Origin: a virus
Taxonomy: Duplodnaviria > Caudoviricetes
Length of the DNA: 54,984 nt
Virus record (IMG/VR): IMGVR_UViG_3300048016_000081
Coordinates: 1-54,984 of that record
Direction: 5' to 3' (one strand)
A program made the translations under genes and the position numbers. The notes below the pieces were generated by a model. It was given only the letters and a program-made list of their open reading frames with translations, searched no databases and was not told the DNA's origin. This document shows, one piece after another, positions 35,656 through 44,544 of this stretch (positions are counted from its first letter, which is position 1; each line of letters starts with the position of its first letter).

Positions 35656-37221
35656 CTACTGGTCGCTCTCGATTCCTTTCATAATGTCTAACAAAGAGCC
35701 TTGCAGCTTTTCTTTTGCTTGTAATCGCTTATAAATACGTCGTTCAATATCACTGCCAGCTATATGGGCGATGACTGTTGTACGGGTTTGCCCGGGGCGA
35801 CGAACGCGAGCACACGCTTGGACGTAAATATCATTTGAGTGGATGGGCGCATACCAGATGATGGTTGTCGCCGCAGTTAGGGTTAGCCCATGAGACATGG
35901 TTGCAGGGTTGGCCACGATGACACGGATACGATCAGTTTTTTGGAATGCCCCAAAGATTTCATCACGGTCTGTCTTTGACGTACCCCCATGCACAGACGC
36001 TGTCTCCCAATCAGAGCTTAGCTCTTGAGCTACATGCTCAAGCACACCAGTCAACGGGACGAACACAAGCACCTTGCCCTCGGACTCTTCAATGAGCTCT
36101 TTCAGCACGTCTATGCGTGGTTTGTTCGGGATGTGGATGTACTCACCCTTGGCTCCGTATGCCACACCGCAAGCGATCTGCACCAGCTTGTTAGCCTTCA
36201 CAGCTTCGTTCACAGCGAGCACTTGGCCGCCTTCGTATTCCATCTTCAACTTGTCCAGCATGCCTTTGTACGCTGCCTTCTGTTCAACAGTCATCTCCAC
36301 GTCGCGGGTAACGAACGTCTGCTCGGGCAAGTCAATACAGTCATCCAATGCGAAGCGCACTGACGGTTGCATGATGGCCTTCACTGTGTCCACTGCGTCC
36401 TTGCGGGCAACCCACTTGAACTGAGTCAACTGCTTCATCACCATGTCGCGGAACTTGCCGAAGTATTTAGGTACTACGGGGCTCGTTGGTACAACGATAC
36501 GGCACTGCGCCCATGCGTCTGTTGGTTCATGCGGTGTTGGTGCACCAGTCAATCCCCACACACGTCGCGCTGACTGCTTGTTGCAGATGGCGTTCAATGT
36601 CTTCCAGCGGTCAGTACCAGCATTACGGAACATGGCGATCTCGTCCACGATGATGAGGTCAATGTCATCACGCTTTTGCAAGTCTTCCAAGATGGTCTTG
36701 ATACCGTCGGTGTTGATGATGTACAGATCAGCGTCTTGTGCCAACAATTTCTTGCGTCGCTCACGAGTTCCATACACCACTGTCGCATCCAGATGCGGGA
36801 ACGTCTTGAAGACTTCATCAGCCCAAGTGCGCTCCATCGTAGACAACGGACAGACAATCAAAGCCTTCTTCACTAGCTTGCACTCACGCATGTAGTCGAA
36901 CGCCCACAGCGATGTAACTGTCTTACCGAGGCCCATACTATTTAAGCAGAAGGCCCTGTCGTGCATAGCTAGGAAGTTGGCAGTCTCTACCTGAGCAGCG
37001 AATGGTTTGAACCGGCCCGGCCATTGGTAGTAGTACTCCATAGGGTCTGGTGGATTGAACCCCAGATTACGAAGCACCTTGACTTCCTCTGGTCGGTGCG
37101 GTACAGCCACTAGCGTGTCCCCCTCATGAGAAACCAAACGTGCCGTTGGGATGACAGTGGTAACTCTTGAAGGGTTGCGCAGTTTAAAGATGAGGGCTTT
37201 TTTGTCTTTTCTAATTAGCAT
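35656..37221 (-). CDS. SNF2-family superfamily 2 helicase
   Basis: MGLGKT, IIVDE, LTGAP, KVLVF, HGLTLTAA, QACARVRRPGQ. Confidence 0.92.
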   Translation of the reverse strand: MLIRKDKKALIFKLRNPSRVTTVIPTARLVSHEGDTLVAVPHRPEEVKVLRNLGFNPPDPMEYYYQWPGRFKPFAAQVETANFLAMHDRAFCLNSMGLGKTVTSLWAFDYMRECKLVKKALIVCPLSTMERTWADEVFKTFPHLDATVVYGTRERRKKLLAQDADLYIINTDGIKTILEDLQKRDDIDLIIVDEIAMFRNAGTDRWKTLNAICNKQSARRVWGLTGAPTPHEPTDAWAQCRIVVPTSPVVPKYFGKFRDMVMKQLTQFKWVARKDAVDTVKAIMQPSVRFALDDCIDLPEQTFVTRDVEMTVEQKAAYKGMLDKLKMEYEGGQVLAVNEAVKANKLVQIACGVAYGAKGEYIHIPNKPRIDVLKELIEESEGKVLVFVPLTGVLEHVAQELSSDWETASVHGGTSKTDRDEIFGAFQKTDRIRVIVANPATMSHGLTLTAATTIIWYAPIHSNDIYVQACARVRRPGQTRTTVIAHIAGSDIERRIYKRLQAKEKLQGSLLDIMKGIESDQ

Positions 37222-37454
37222 GAGAGTCTCATTGCAGCGAGCACAGCCAGAATGGTTTCATCTGTCGGATACGGGAAGTCCATCTCGTGGATGGTGGAAT
37301 CACCTTTGACTCGCCACTTGATGGTCTTTGAGTCCCAATCCCTGTCGTCTGACATGATTAGCGCGGATACGTTCTCGGGTACTGGGTATCCAAAGAATGT
37401 GTATCGCCCAGTGTCAACATGCCTGATTGCGTCACTTGCCGTACTGCGAGCCAT
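37215..37454 (-). CDS. Hypothetical protein (start MARSTAS)
   Basis: GGAG RBS before ATG 37454. Confidence 0.65.
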   Translation of the reverse strand: MARSTASDAIRHVDTGRYTFFGYPVPENVSALIMSDDRDWDSKTIKWRVKGDSTIHEMDFPYPTDETILAVLAAMRLSC

Positions 37455-37695
37455 TGGTTTTTCTCCATCCTCGGTTGGTAGTTTGGTCAACCACACGGAG
37501 ATTGCCTTTGCTATTGCCGCCACCGCCGTCCAGCATCTTCTTGTGATCTACATCGCGCCCGTCGCCCTTCTTGACTTTGCCTTCTTTGGCTAGTGCAGCT
37601 CGGGCTGCGTTGCGCTTCTCACGGTTGTCCACTTGCTCTGGTCTGGCGTTGTATGCCTTGTCGTATGCGGCTTTCTTAGCCCCGCCCTTGTTCAT
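37432..37695 (-). CDS. Small HNH-like endonuclease
   Basis: KRNAAR...GDGRDVDHKK.L..GG.N...NLRV.....NR. Confidence 0.8.
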   Translation of the reverse strand: MNKGGAKKAAYDKAYNARPEQVDNREKRNAARAALAKEGKVKKGDGRDVDHKKMLDGGGGNSKGNLRVVDQTTNRGWRKTNGSQYGK

Positions 37696-37984
37696 AGGAG
37701 TCCTCCAAATAGTCACGTAGTTGTTCGACATCATCGACTACCAAGGCTCTACCCCAGTGGTCTTTGATCTCTGCGATGACACGGTCTTGATTAGCCGTGG
37801 TGTCACCCCTCTTGCCGGGGGCCTTTGTCTCGATTGCCAGAAACTTTCCTTCCCAGCAGCAGATGAAATCAGGGATGCCCACTACGCCAAACCCATTCTG
37901 CATGGGCATGAAGTACCAGATGTCTCTCTTGCGCAGTTCTTTTTTAACTGCGTCTTTGACTTTACCTTCGGGTGTCTGTGCCAT
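37676..37984 (-). CDS. VRR-NUC domain nuclease (probable junction resolvase)
   Basis: TPEGKVK, GIPDFI, FLAIETKAPG, Q. Confidence 0.9.
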   Translation of the reverse strand: MAQTPEGKVKDAVKKELRKRDIWYFMPMQNGFGVVGIPDFICCWEGKFLAIETKAPGKRGDTTANQDRVIAEIKDHWGRALVVDDVEQLRDYLEDSYEQGRG

Positions 37985-38082
37985 TATTTACTCCAAAACT
38001 TAACCAGTGACAGCCACATTACTACACCAGCGACGGCAACAATGAGGCCGAGACTTAGTCCGACGATTTGCATCCAGCTCAT
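37984..38082 (-). CDS. Small membrane peptide (32 aa), not in ORF track
   Basis: ATGA and TAATG couplings; MSWMQIVGLSLGLIVAVAGVVMWLSLVKFWSK. Confidence 0.6.
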   Translation of the reverse strand: MSWMQIVGLSLGLIVAVAGVVMWLSLVKFWSK

Positions 38083-38732
38083 TTCTTCTCCTTGTAAAAG
38101 TCACACGATTTAACTGGGCACCAGCCACGGCACAGGCCACTAGGACGGCACGGCCATGACTCACGCTCATATGCAGACTCTAGCTTACGCACCCTTGGTA
38201 GGAAGCCGTTCCAGATACCAGCGACTTGGTCACGATGATAGGTGGCCTTGTCAATCTTCTTGTCACGCAGCCACACGAAGCCAGTCGTCACATAGTTCAC
38301 TTCAGGGTAAGTTGCAAACGTGTAGCCAACATAGAGTTCGAGCTGCTCAGTGAGCTTGCGCTTACCAGTCTTGTAGTCAAACACACCAGCCTTGTCACCA
38401 TGGATAACCAGCAAGTCAGCGATACCGCGTGACCACGCATTGCCCCACTCAGCAGGTTGGAAGTTTTTGTCCACTGCCATCTGTTCTTCACAGAGCTTCT
38501 GGCCGGGGAGCGCAGCGAACTTAGCAGCGATGCTTTCCCATTGCTCCATGCCTTCGGGCAGAGGTGTGCCATCACGGACACGGTACTCCATAGCAGTGTG
38601 GACTTTCTCGCCCCACATCGTTGCCTCAGTCGGCGGCTCCTTGATGTCCTTCAGTACACGAACATGGTAGAACTGCCTTGGGCACGTCTCAAATTTGTCA
38701 AGCTGGGAGTATGTCCAAGCGGGTATAGCCAT
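38079..38732 (-). CDS. PD-(D/E)XK exonuclease, Cas4/RecB-like with four Cys
   Basis: WTYSQL..FETCP, G..VH, RGIADL, FDYKTG, QLELY, LCRGWCPVKSC. Confidence 0.9.
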   Translation of the reverse strand: MAIPAWTYSQLDKFETCPRQFYHVRVLKDIKEPPTEATMWGEKVHTAMEYRVRDGTPLPEGMEQWESIAAKFAALPGQKLCEEQMAVDKNFQPAEWGNAWSRGIADLLVIHGDKAGVFDYKTGKRKLTEQLELYVGYTFATYPEVNYVTTGFVWLRDKKIDKATYHRDQVAGIWNGFLPRVRKLESAYERESWPCRPSGLCRGWCPVKSCDFYKEKK

Positions 38733-38764
38733 AGGGGTTCCTCTCAAAGACCAAAGTCTTTAAG

Positions 38765-40657
38765 TTATTTAGCGTCAGCGTAGTTCTTACCGATGTCGCC
38801 TTCACATGAGACAGGCAGGTCAGCACACCACTTAGGTGGAACTTTCATTACCTCTAGCATGTACTCTAGACACCACTTTGCAGCGGGGGTCGGTACAACA
38901 GATATTACCTCATCATGCACGGTCAGTGCAACTTTATATCGTCGATCAGCATCAGGGTTGTCGTTCTTACGCAACTCAATGTCGATCTTGGCCATCTGGT
39001 CAAACACAACGATACGAGCCAGAGCTTGCACGATGTTCTCAACCATCTTACCGCCGTAGATTTTAACAGGGCCGTAGCGTCCGTCGTACTCGTAGCCGTC
39101 TGCGTTCTTACGCAAGTTGGGGTAACGAATCATCGTGCCGTTAGGCAGGTGCACACCTTCGGGGGTACAGCGCAGAGCGATGCCAACACCGAGCTCACAC
39201 TCAAAGCCCTTGGCCATTTTCTCGAGCGACTTCTGTGCGTCTTTCCATATCTGGGCGATCATATGGTACTTGGCGCGGTACAGCTTGACTGTGTTCTGCG
39301 CGTCTTCCAATGGCATGTCCACGGAGATGCCGCCCATACCGATCTTGAGTGTCGCCTTGAACTTGTCAGGCCCCATGCCGTAGCCTAGGCCCAAGATACA
39401 GGTCTTGCCTACGAAGCCCTCAACCTTGTCTGGGTTGTACTCCTTGCCGTTCTCGTCAATGGCTTTGCGTTTACGGTCAACATGGCGGCCATACACCACA
39501 GAGGCAAACGATGAATAGATGTCCACGTTGTTGCGGAAGTCTTCAACCAAGTCCTCTTGGCCAGCCCACCATGCAACGACACGAGCTTCGATCTGTGCAG
39601 AGTCAACTGCTACCAGTGAGTGCCCATCAGGTACGGTGATTGACTTACGCAACGCCCCGCCGCGAGGCAGGTTCTGAAGGTTCATCTTGTCGCCACCTGA
39701 AGCCCGACCAGTATGCGCTCCCCAGTAGTTGAGCAGAATCGGTAGACTCCCTCGCTCGGCAATACCAATGAACGACTCGGTACGGGTTTCCTCGAGCGTA
39801 GATTTGATGCCGAGACGCGCAGCAACGATGGCCTGCACCCTTGGGTCATGATGCTCGGCGAGAGCTTTGAATTCTTGGTCAGTTTTACTAAAGGCATAGG
39901 CTTCCTTGTTTGTACGCAGGCTCACCTTTACGGGCGGCTCAACTCCAAGCCTCTTCAACACCTCAGCGAACTTGGGGTTCGACATCAGTGCTTCACGTCC
40001 AACAGTAGCGTCGATGCGCTCCATCAGTTTCTCTTTGTTCGACTGCACCTTGAACAGATGGTCAACCAACACATTCCTGTCCAGCTTAAGCACTGGGTCA
40101 GTGAACATGCGAATCATCAGGTCTTGGATGTAGAGTTCCTTGGGAGGGTTCCACTGCTTGAACACATGGTAGAGGGCATACGTCAGGTCAACGTCGTGTT
40201 TGCAGTACTCACCATAGCGAGCCAACTGGTCAGCAGGGAAGTCTTCACGGCGTAGGCCAAGTGCATTGACAACCTCTGTGCCCTTCTCGTCCAGCAGATA
40301 CTTCTTAGCCAGTGCTGCTAGTGAACCACCAACAGTGAGTCCAGTAACGGGGCGTGCCATCGATAAGGTATCGAGATAGTACTTCGGCTTGATGCCATAG
40401 CGCCATGCAAGGATTGCTCCGTCGAAGGCCATGTTGTGACAAATGAGGTAGGCATTAGGGATACCGAGTTCATGAAGCGCTTCGGTAATCTGCCTGTCCG
40501 TACCTGTAACCCAACGGGTTTCTCCGTCGTCGACTTTGTAGGCGAATCCAATGACTTGGAATTGCTCGTCTCGGATGTAGTGTTCAGTGGTGTATTTTTT
40601 GAGTCCATAGTCTTTACTGTAGTACGTCTCAAAGTCGAGGGTGATGAGTTGTGTCAT
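38765..40657 (-). CDS. polA: DNA polymerase family A with 3'-5' exonuclease (630 aa, start MTQLIT)
   Basis: LDFET, HNMAFD, YCKHD, HTGRASG, DSAQIEAR, KTCILGLGYG, TVHDE. Confidence 0.95.
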   Translation of the reverse strand: MTQLITLDFETYYSKDYGLKKYTTEHYIRDEQFQVIGFAYKVDDGETRWVTGTDRQITEALHELGIPNAYLICHNMAFDGAILAWRYGIKPKYYLDTLSMARPVTGLTVGGSLAALAKKYLLDEKGTEVVNALGLRREDFPADQLARYGEYCKHDVDLTYALYHVFKQWNPPKELYIQDLMIRMFTDPVLKLDRNVLVDHLFKVQSNKEKLMERIDATVGREALMSNPKFAEVLKRLGVEPPVKVSLRTNKEAYAFSKTDQEFKALAEHHDPRVQAIVAARLGIKSTLEETRTESFIGIAERGSLPILLNYWGAHTGRASGGDKMNLQNLPRGGALRKSITVPDGHSLVAVDSAQIEARVVAWWAGQEDLVEDFRNNVDIYSSFASVVYGRHVDRKRKAIDENGKEYNPDKVEGFVGKTCILGLGYGMGPDKFKATLKIGMGGISVDMPLEDAQNTVKLYRAKYHMIAQIWKDAQKSLEKMAKGFECELGVGIALRCTPEGVHLPNGTMIRYPNLRKNADGYEYDGRYGPVKIYGGKMVENIVQALARIVVFDQMAKIDIELRKNDNPDADRRYKVALTVHDEVISVVPTPAAKWCLEYMLEVMKVPPKWCADLPVSCEGDIGKNYADAK

Positions 40658-40866
40658 GTCTTCTTCTCGTGGTGATCTTTTAGGTAGTTGAAGGCTGCTT
40701 GCCAGCCCACCCATCGGCAGCGCACATGAGCATTGGCGTACGTGTTGTCGTAAGGAGTAAGCGGCTGAGAATGGTTCTTTGCGTGCCAAATCTCAAAGGC
40801 TTCCCGCATGGTCTTACTGTCCTTCTTCCTATATGGCACAGTGATGCCAATTTCTTTCCTAGTCAT
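40654..40866 (-). CDS. Hypothetical protein
   Basis: REAFEIW...Y....V..RW.GWQAA pattern; ATGA coupling to polA. Confidence 0.65.
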   Translation of the reverse strand: MTRKEIGITVPYRKKDSKTMREAFEIWHAKNHSQPLTPYDNTYANAHVRCRWVGWQAAFNYLKDHHEKKT

Positions 40867-41065
40867 TTGGCATTGCTCGTTGGATAGTGATGCGCACTCT
40901 CAGTGGCTCACCTTTGATCTTGAAGCTGTCGATGTCAGACTGTGCTTCGCTCTTGTTTGCATACAGTGAGTAGCCCACTGTGCTCCATGCTGCTTTGTGA
41001 AAGGCGCTGTCGTGGATGCCAATAGCCCACATGGTGACTGTGGTGCGGTAAGGTTGCCTGCTCAT
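40859..41065 (-). CDS. Hypothetical protein
   Basis: Coupled to both neighbours. Confidence 0.65.
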   Translation of the reverse strand: MSRQPYRTTVTMWAIGIHDSAFHKAAWSTVGYSLYANKSEAQSDIDSFKIKGEPLRVRITIQRAMPND

Positions 41066-41247
41066 AAGGGGGCCGCTTCGAGTTGCTTGAGTTTATTTAC
41101 GGTCATAGTTCGGATTGCGTTTGGCTCTTCCCGAGGCGATCTGTTCGCGAGCTTCAGCAAAGAAGTCAAGTCCACTGCTGGAAACGGCCACTGGCCTTGG
41201 TTTTGGTCGGGGGCTGCGGTACGGCTTTTTCTCTTTTGGTTTTTCAT
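41062..41247 (-). CDS. Hypothetical protein with WPFP motif
   Basis: GGAGG RBS; ATGA couplings. Confidence 0.6.
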   Translation of the reverse strand: MKNQKRKSRTAAPDQNQGQWPFPAVDLTSLLKLANRSPREEPNAIRTMTVNKLKQLEAAPL

Positions 41248-41299
41248 TTAGTTCCTCCCAGTTCGGCCAAGGTGCGCCGGGCGCTAACACCGTCTTCAT
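41093..41299 (-). CDS. Possible overlapping gene (68 aa, MKTVLAPGAPWP)
   Basis: Protein-like sequence in a second frame; weak RBS. Confidence 0.4.
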   Translation of the reverse strand: MKTVLAPGAPWPNWEELNEKPKEKKPYRSPRPKPRPVAVSSSGLDFFAEAREQIASGRAKRNPNYDRK

Positions 41300-41759
41300 C
41301 GTTGATTGCTCGGGCTCGTTTGTAGATGATGTCTTCTTTGACAATGTCGAGAGCCTGTTCGAGTTGTCTAACATTGCACGCGTCAAGCTGCGCATCATGA
41401 ATCTCCATTGCTAAGTTAATTGCCACAAGTTCAGGGCCAGTGGCCACGAACCGCATGTCGTTCTTTACACCACGCTTAGCCACAGATAGTAGAGCGTCTT
41501 GGCCAGCACGAATCTCTTCTTGCCAGTCGTCCCCGATACCCATACGTCCGAAGCCCTCCATCATATTGAACGCGCCAATGATGATGTCGATGTCTTCTTT
41601 GTTGGCCTCGCCCTTACGCAGTTGCTCGATGGCTACGTGGTTCTTGATGCGAATGTCCACAGCTAACGACACAGATGAGAATGGTTTAAGGCCACTCGTC
41701 ACCCATGTCATCACGTCAAGGCGTACGCCCTTCGGTTTGTACTTACTCTTCTTTCGCAT
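41244..41759 (-). CDS. Hypothetical protein
   Basis: Basic MRKKSKYKPK start, helical body, HDAQL. Confidence 0.75.
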   Translation of the reverse strand: MRKKSKYKPKGVRLDVMTWVTSGLKPFSSVSLAVDIRIKNHVAIEQLRKGEANKEDIDIIIGAFNMMEGFGRMGIGDDWQEEIRAGQDALLSVAKRGVKNDMRFVATGPELVAINLAMEIHDAQLDACNVRQLEQALDIVKEDIIYKRARAINDEDGVSARRTLAELGGTK

Positions 41760-41913
41760 CACGCGCCACTATCGCTTGGAGTTGGAAGAAGATAGCCATG
41801 AGGAAGAAACACATGGCATAGCCGACAGTGAAGAACGTCATTGACAGCGCGCCCATCAGGAACGCGCCAGCGGCACAGACACATAGGACGTTGTAGAGGA
41901 AGTGGTAAGTCAC
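41743..41913 (-). CDS. Small two-TM membrane protein (56 aa), not in ORF track
   Basis: GTGA coupling; MTYHFLYNVLCVCAAGAFLMGALSMTFFTVGYAMCFFLMAIFFQLQAIVARDAKEE. Confidence 0.55.
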   Translation of the reverse strand: MTYHFLYNVLCVCAAGAFLMGALSMTFFTVGYAMCFFLMAIFFQLQAIVARDAKEE

Positions 41914-42206
41914 ATTGAATCCAATCTTGCTTTGACTAGTAACGTAGCGACAGCATCTTGGACACTCTCGCCTTCCTTGAGGACGTACATGGTCGGGCCT
42001 GACTGGCGACCACCAACTAGGTTTTTGCCCATCGTGTTTTGGCTATGCGACACAAGCACTGTTCCGTTCATTGCTCGAAACATTTGCACAGATGTTTGTG
42101 GCTCACCCATGCTGTGATGTGTAGTTGCATACGCACGGTCTTCAGCGATGCTAATCTCAGCACTAGAGTTCAGCCAGTTGCGTAGTTTTCTTTTTAACCA
42201 ACTCAT
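41910..42206 (-). CDS. Hypothetical protein (start MSWLKRK)
   Basis: GGAG RBS; FRAMNGTVL motif. Confidence 0.7.
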   Translation of the reverse strand: MSWLKRKLRNWLNSSAEISIAEDRAYATTHHSMGEPQTSVQMFRAMNGTVLVSHSQNTMGKNLVGGRQSGPTMYVLKEGESVQDAVATLLVKARLDSM

Positions 42207-42207
42207 A

Positions 42208-42792
42208 CTATGCTCCAAAGATTTGTTTGAGTTCGTCGTACAGCTTACGGGCTTGCACGATGGAAAGTGTGTTGAGGTCAACGGGTGTGACTTGTACTGT
42301 GGGTGTAGCAGCAGCTTTATTCTTAACTGGCTCGAGCTTTACCTCGGCGACCGCTTGCTTATTGGCTTTGTGCCCTTCCTTGATGCGGCGAGTCATCTCT
42401 TCTTTACCGAGCTTGGCGCGGGCTGCTTGCATCTTGGACACAATTTCCAGCTTAGCGGCGCGAGGGTACGCATCCACTGCAACTGAGTACATGTATCTCC
42501 CAGTAGTACTGCACATGGCTTTGTGTAAAAGCTTGCGCTTTGCCATCGTATAGAGCTGAGACATCACAGATGACTCTAGAATCTCACCAGTGAAAGCTTT
42601 GGCAACTGCATTACCGTAGCAAGCTGGGTGGGCTTTAACCCAATCGAAGATGCGCTCGTTGTTGGTAAGCACCACCGGCTCCAACGGCTGCTCAGGGTCA
42701 TCGAAGCTTAAGTTATCAAGCTCTGTGTGTTTAGTGAGTAGTTGCATTTTAGGTAATACCTTTGTGAAAAGTTCAGTACGTAAGTCAGACAT
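42208..42792 (-). CDS. Probable winged-helix DNA-binding protein
   Basis: IFDWVKAHP...SSVMSQL.TM....LL pattern; LSIVQARKLYDELKQIFG tail. Confidence 0.6.
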   Translation of the reverse strand: MSDLRTELFTKVLPKMQLLTKHTELDNLSFDDPEQPLEPVVLTNNERIFDWVKAHPACYGNAVAKAFTGEILESSVMSQLYTMAKRKLLHKAMCSTTGRYMYSVAVDAYPRAAKLEIVSKMQAARAKLGKEEMTRRIKEGHKANKQAVAEVKLEPVKNKAAATPTVQVTPVDLNTLSIVQARKLYDELKQIFGA

Positions 42793-42794
42793 AG

Positions 42795-43238
42795 TTATTT
42801 GTCCAGTTGTTGTTCAACGATGGTTGCGATGAATTGATCTTTCAACTCGTCCATGTCTTTGCAGATTTTTGAATATTTGCCACTGCGGAGGATGAAGCCG
42901 TTGTCGACTTTCTCTACCGTGAATGACGTGGTGTTGTGCATAAATACTCGAGGCTCTAGCGGGGCCTGCGGCCATTGTTGGTTAACTGCTCCCATACCTA
43001 ATCCTGTGTTCCCGAAGCCTTGGCTAGCGGGCCATATGGCGTTTTGCGCTGCGTTTGCTGCTGAGTTCATAGGTAGATGCCTCTGTACATGTGCGTTGTA
43101 TTCCGCTTCGCGCATACGTTCCGTAAGATACGCCATCGCGTCCGCATGATCATCGTGCTTCTTCTCTCTGGCGCTTGAGGCACTCGACGAGCTTCTCCAA
43201 GTAGTGCAAGCCTTTACCAACTTCTTGAATTGATTCAT
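42795..43238 (-). CDS. Hypothetical protein overlapping the DUF3310 gene end
   Basis: GGAG before ATG 43238; FTVEKVDNGFIL motif. Confidence 0.65.
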   Translation of the reverse strand: MNQFKKLVKACTTWRSSSSASSAREKKHDDHADAMAYLTERMREAEYNAHVQRHLPMNSAANAAQNAIWPASQGFGNTGLGMGAVNQQWPQAPLEPRVFMHNTTSFTVEKVDNGFILRSGKYSKICKDMDELKDQFIATIVEQQLDK

Positions 43239-43524
43239 CTTTACTCCCCATACGCATTACATATTTCAAAGCACCGCCACGGTAGTAGCCGATTTGTTGT
43301 TCGATTGGCCATGTGTCCACCACATCCCACGGTTGAACCGCGAGTTTCTTGTAGTGATCGCCGCCGACTTGTCGCAGACTTGGTTGCATGATAGGTGTCA
43401 CTCTCTCAGTTGTTGGAATGTAGCCAGTAGCCAATCGAATGTTGCGAACGACAGGGCACACATCAGGCTCGTCGTATTTACATCCAGTGGCATCGCAGTG
43501 ATTCATGTGTTGGTAGTATTCCAT
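43150..43524 (-). CDS. DUF3310-family protein (putative nucleotide kinase-like)
   Basis: QVGGDHYKK...QPWD...GGALKYVMR.G.K...KGLHYL. Confidence 0.85.
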   Translation of the reverse strand: MEYYQHMNHCDATGCKYDEPDVCPVVRNIRLATGYIPTTERVTPIMQPSLRQVGGDHYKKLAVQPWDVVDTWPIEQQIGYYRGGALKYVMRMGSKDESIQEVGKGLHYLEKLVECLKRQREEAR

Positions 43525-43799
43525 CAGTCGTATACCTTTATGTATGGGTCAAGCCCTTGGTGAATCATCAGTTGTACGAGGCGTGACTCGATACGTGCCA
43601 TCCTCGCAGCGAGCTCCTTGTTGCTCGGTTGTGAGCTTGACGGCGTACTGAGCAAAGAGCCACTTGTCTCCAAGGGCTTTGACACATTGAATCCAGTCTC
43701 GCTTGTAGCGGTCACGGACTTCTGGTGTGACGTCGTAGTTGTTAAAGAGCTTTTCAGCTCGTGCTTCGAGTGTGAGTATTGACATTCGTCGTCTTTCAT
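43524..43799 (-). CDS. Hypothetical protein enclosing a second ORF
   Basis: ATGA coupling upstream, TGATG coupling downstream; RMARIESRLVQLM tail. Confidence 0.5.
   Translation of the reverse strand: MKDDECQYSHSKHELKSSLTTTTSHQKSVTATSETGFNVSKPLETSGSLLSTPSSSQPSNKELAARMARIESRLVQLMIHQGLDPYIKVYD
43549..43785 (-). CDS. Hypothetical protein nested in 43524-43799
   Basis: Protein-like LFNN...RDW..CVKALGDKWLFA. Confidence 0.6.
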   Translation of the reverse strand: MSILTLEARAEKLFNNYDVTPEVRDRYKRDWIQCVKALGDKWLFAQYAVKLTTEQQGARCEDGTYRVTPRTTDDSPRA

Positions 43800-44470
43800 A
43801 CAGTCAGTTTGGATGCGACAGCGGCTGCTGTCAGGGTATCGACATCAAGGGTGCCAAGGAGTTCCTCAGCACTGGTCTTGGGCTTCTCTCGCTTGATGCC
43901 ATTGGCTTTCTCAGCCACACGGTCAAGGTAATCTTGGTTGATGTACAAGGACAGGCCGGGCCACAGCTTGAGTGCTTCGTTCAACGACTTAGCAGAGTTC
44001 AAGAACTGGCGAACCTTGTCTGTCACAGCTTCCCATCGGTCGTCAATCTCTCGCATAACTTTGCGATGGGCAACAAGCTCTTTAGCACCTTGGGGGAGAA
44101 GGTAACTGTTCTCGTTGACCTTAGTGATATACCCGTAGTAGCTGCTGTTACTCTGCTCAGTGCGGGGGCATGGAAATCCAGAGGTTGCCATAACTTGGAA
44201 GTCGACGTTGTATTCTCTCTCAGCCTCGGGGTCTAGCCTGTATGCGACGCGCAGTGTGATCTTTCCGGGATTGATCTTCCAGTCCTCGGGCATCTGGTCG
44301 CGTAAGTGTTGGTGGTTGCCCCAGATAAGGGCCGTCATGTTCCCATCGTTATCAGGGACGGTGCACGACTCGGGCGGCACAGTGTGCAGTGCCTTTTCTT
44401 TGTCCCGCATGTTGCGGATGTTGACCCGCGTAGAGTCTAGGAGGCCATTGGAAATGGATACGTATGCCAT
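43796..44470 (-). CDS. Nmad5-like (nucleotide modification associated domain 5) protein
   Basis: C-terminal VRQFLNSAKSLNEALKLWPGL resembles the Nmad5 signature; size fits. Confidence 0.55.
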   Translation of the reverse strand: MAYVSISNGLLDSTRVNIRNMRDKEKALHTVPPESCTVPDNDGNMTALIWGNHQHLRDQMPEDWKINPGKITLRVAYRLDPEAEREYNVDFQVMATSGFPCPRTEQSNSSYYGYITKVNENSYLLPQGAKELVAHRKVMREIDDRWEAVTDKVRQFLNSAKSLNEALKLWPGLSLYINQDYLDRVAEKANGIKREKPKTSAEELLGTLDVDTLTAAAVASKLTV

Positions 44471-44544
44471 GGTTGTCTTTCAGTAAGTGATTTGATGATA
44501 CAGGAAACGTGTGTATGTTCTATAGTTCGCTATAGTTTATTTTT

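Noticed and set aside
38079-38732. Cas4 as evidence of a CRISPR system
   Set aside because: Stand-alone Cas4-like exonuclease in a replication module; no array or other cas genes
43150-44470. Complete DNA hypermodification pathway
   Set aside because: Only Nmad5-like and DUF3310 genes; no thymidylate synthase-like, glycosyltransferase, PurZ or queuosine-pathway genes recognised
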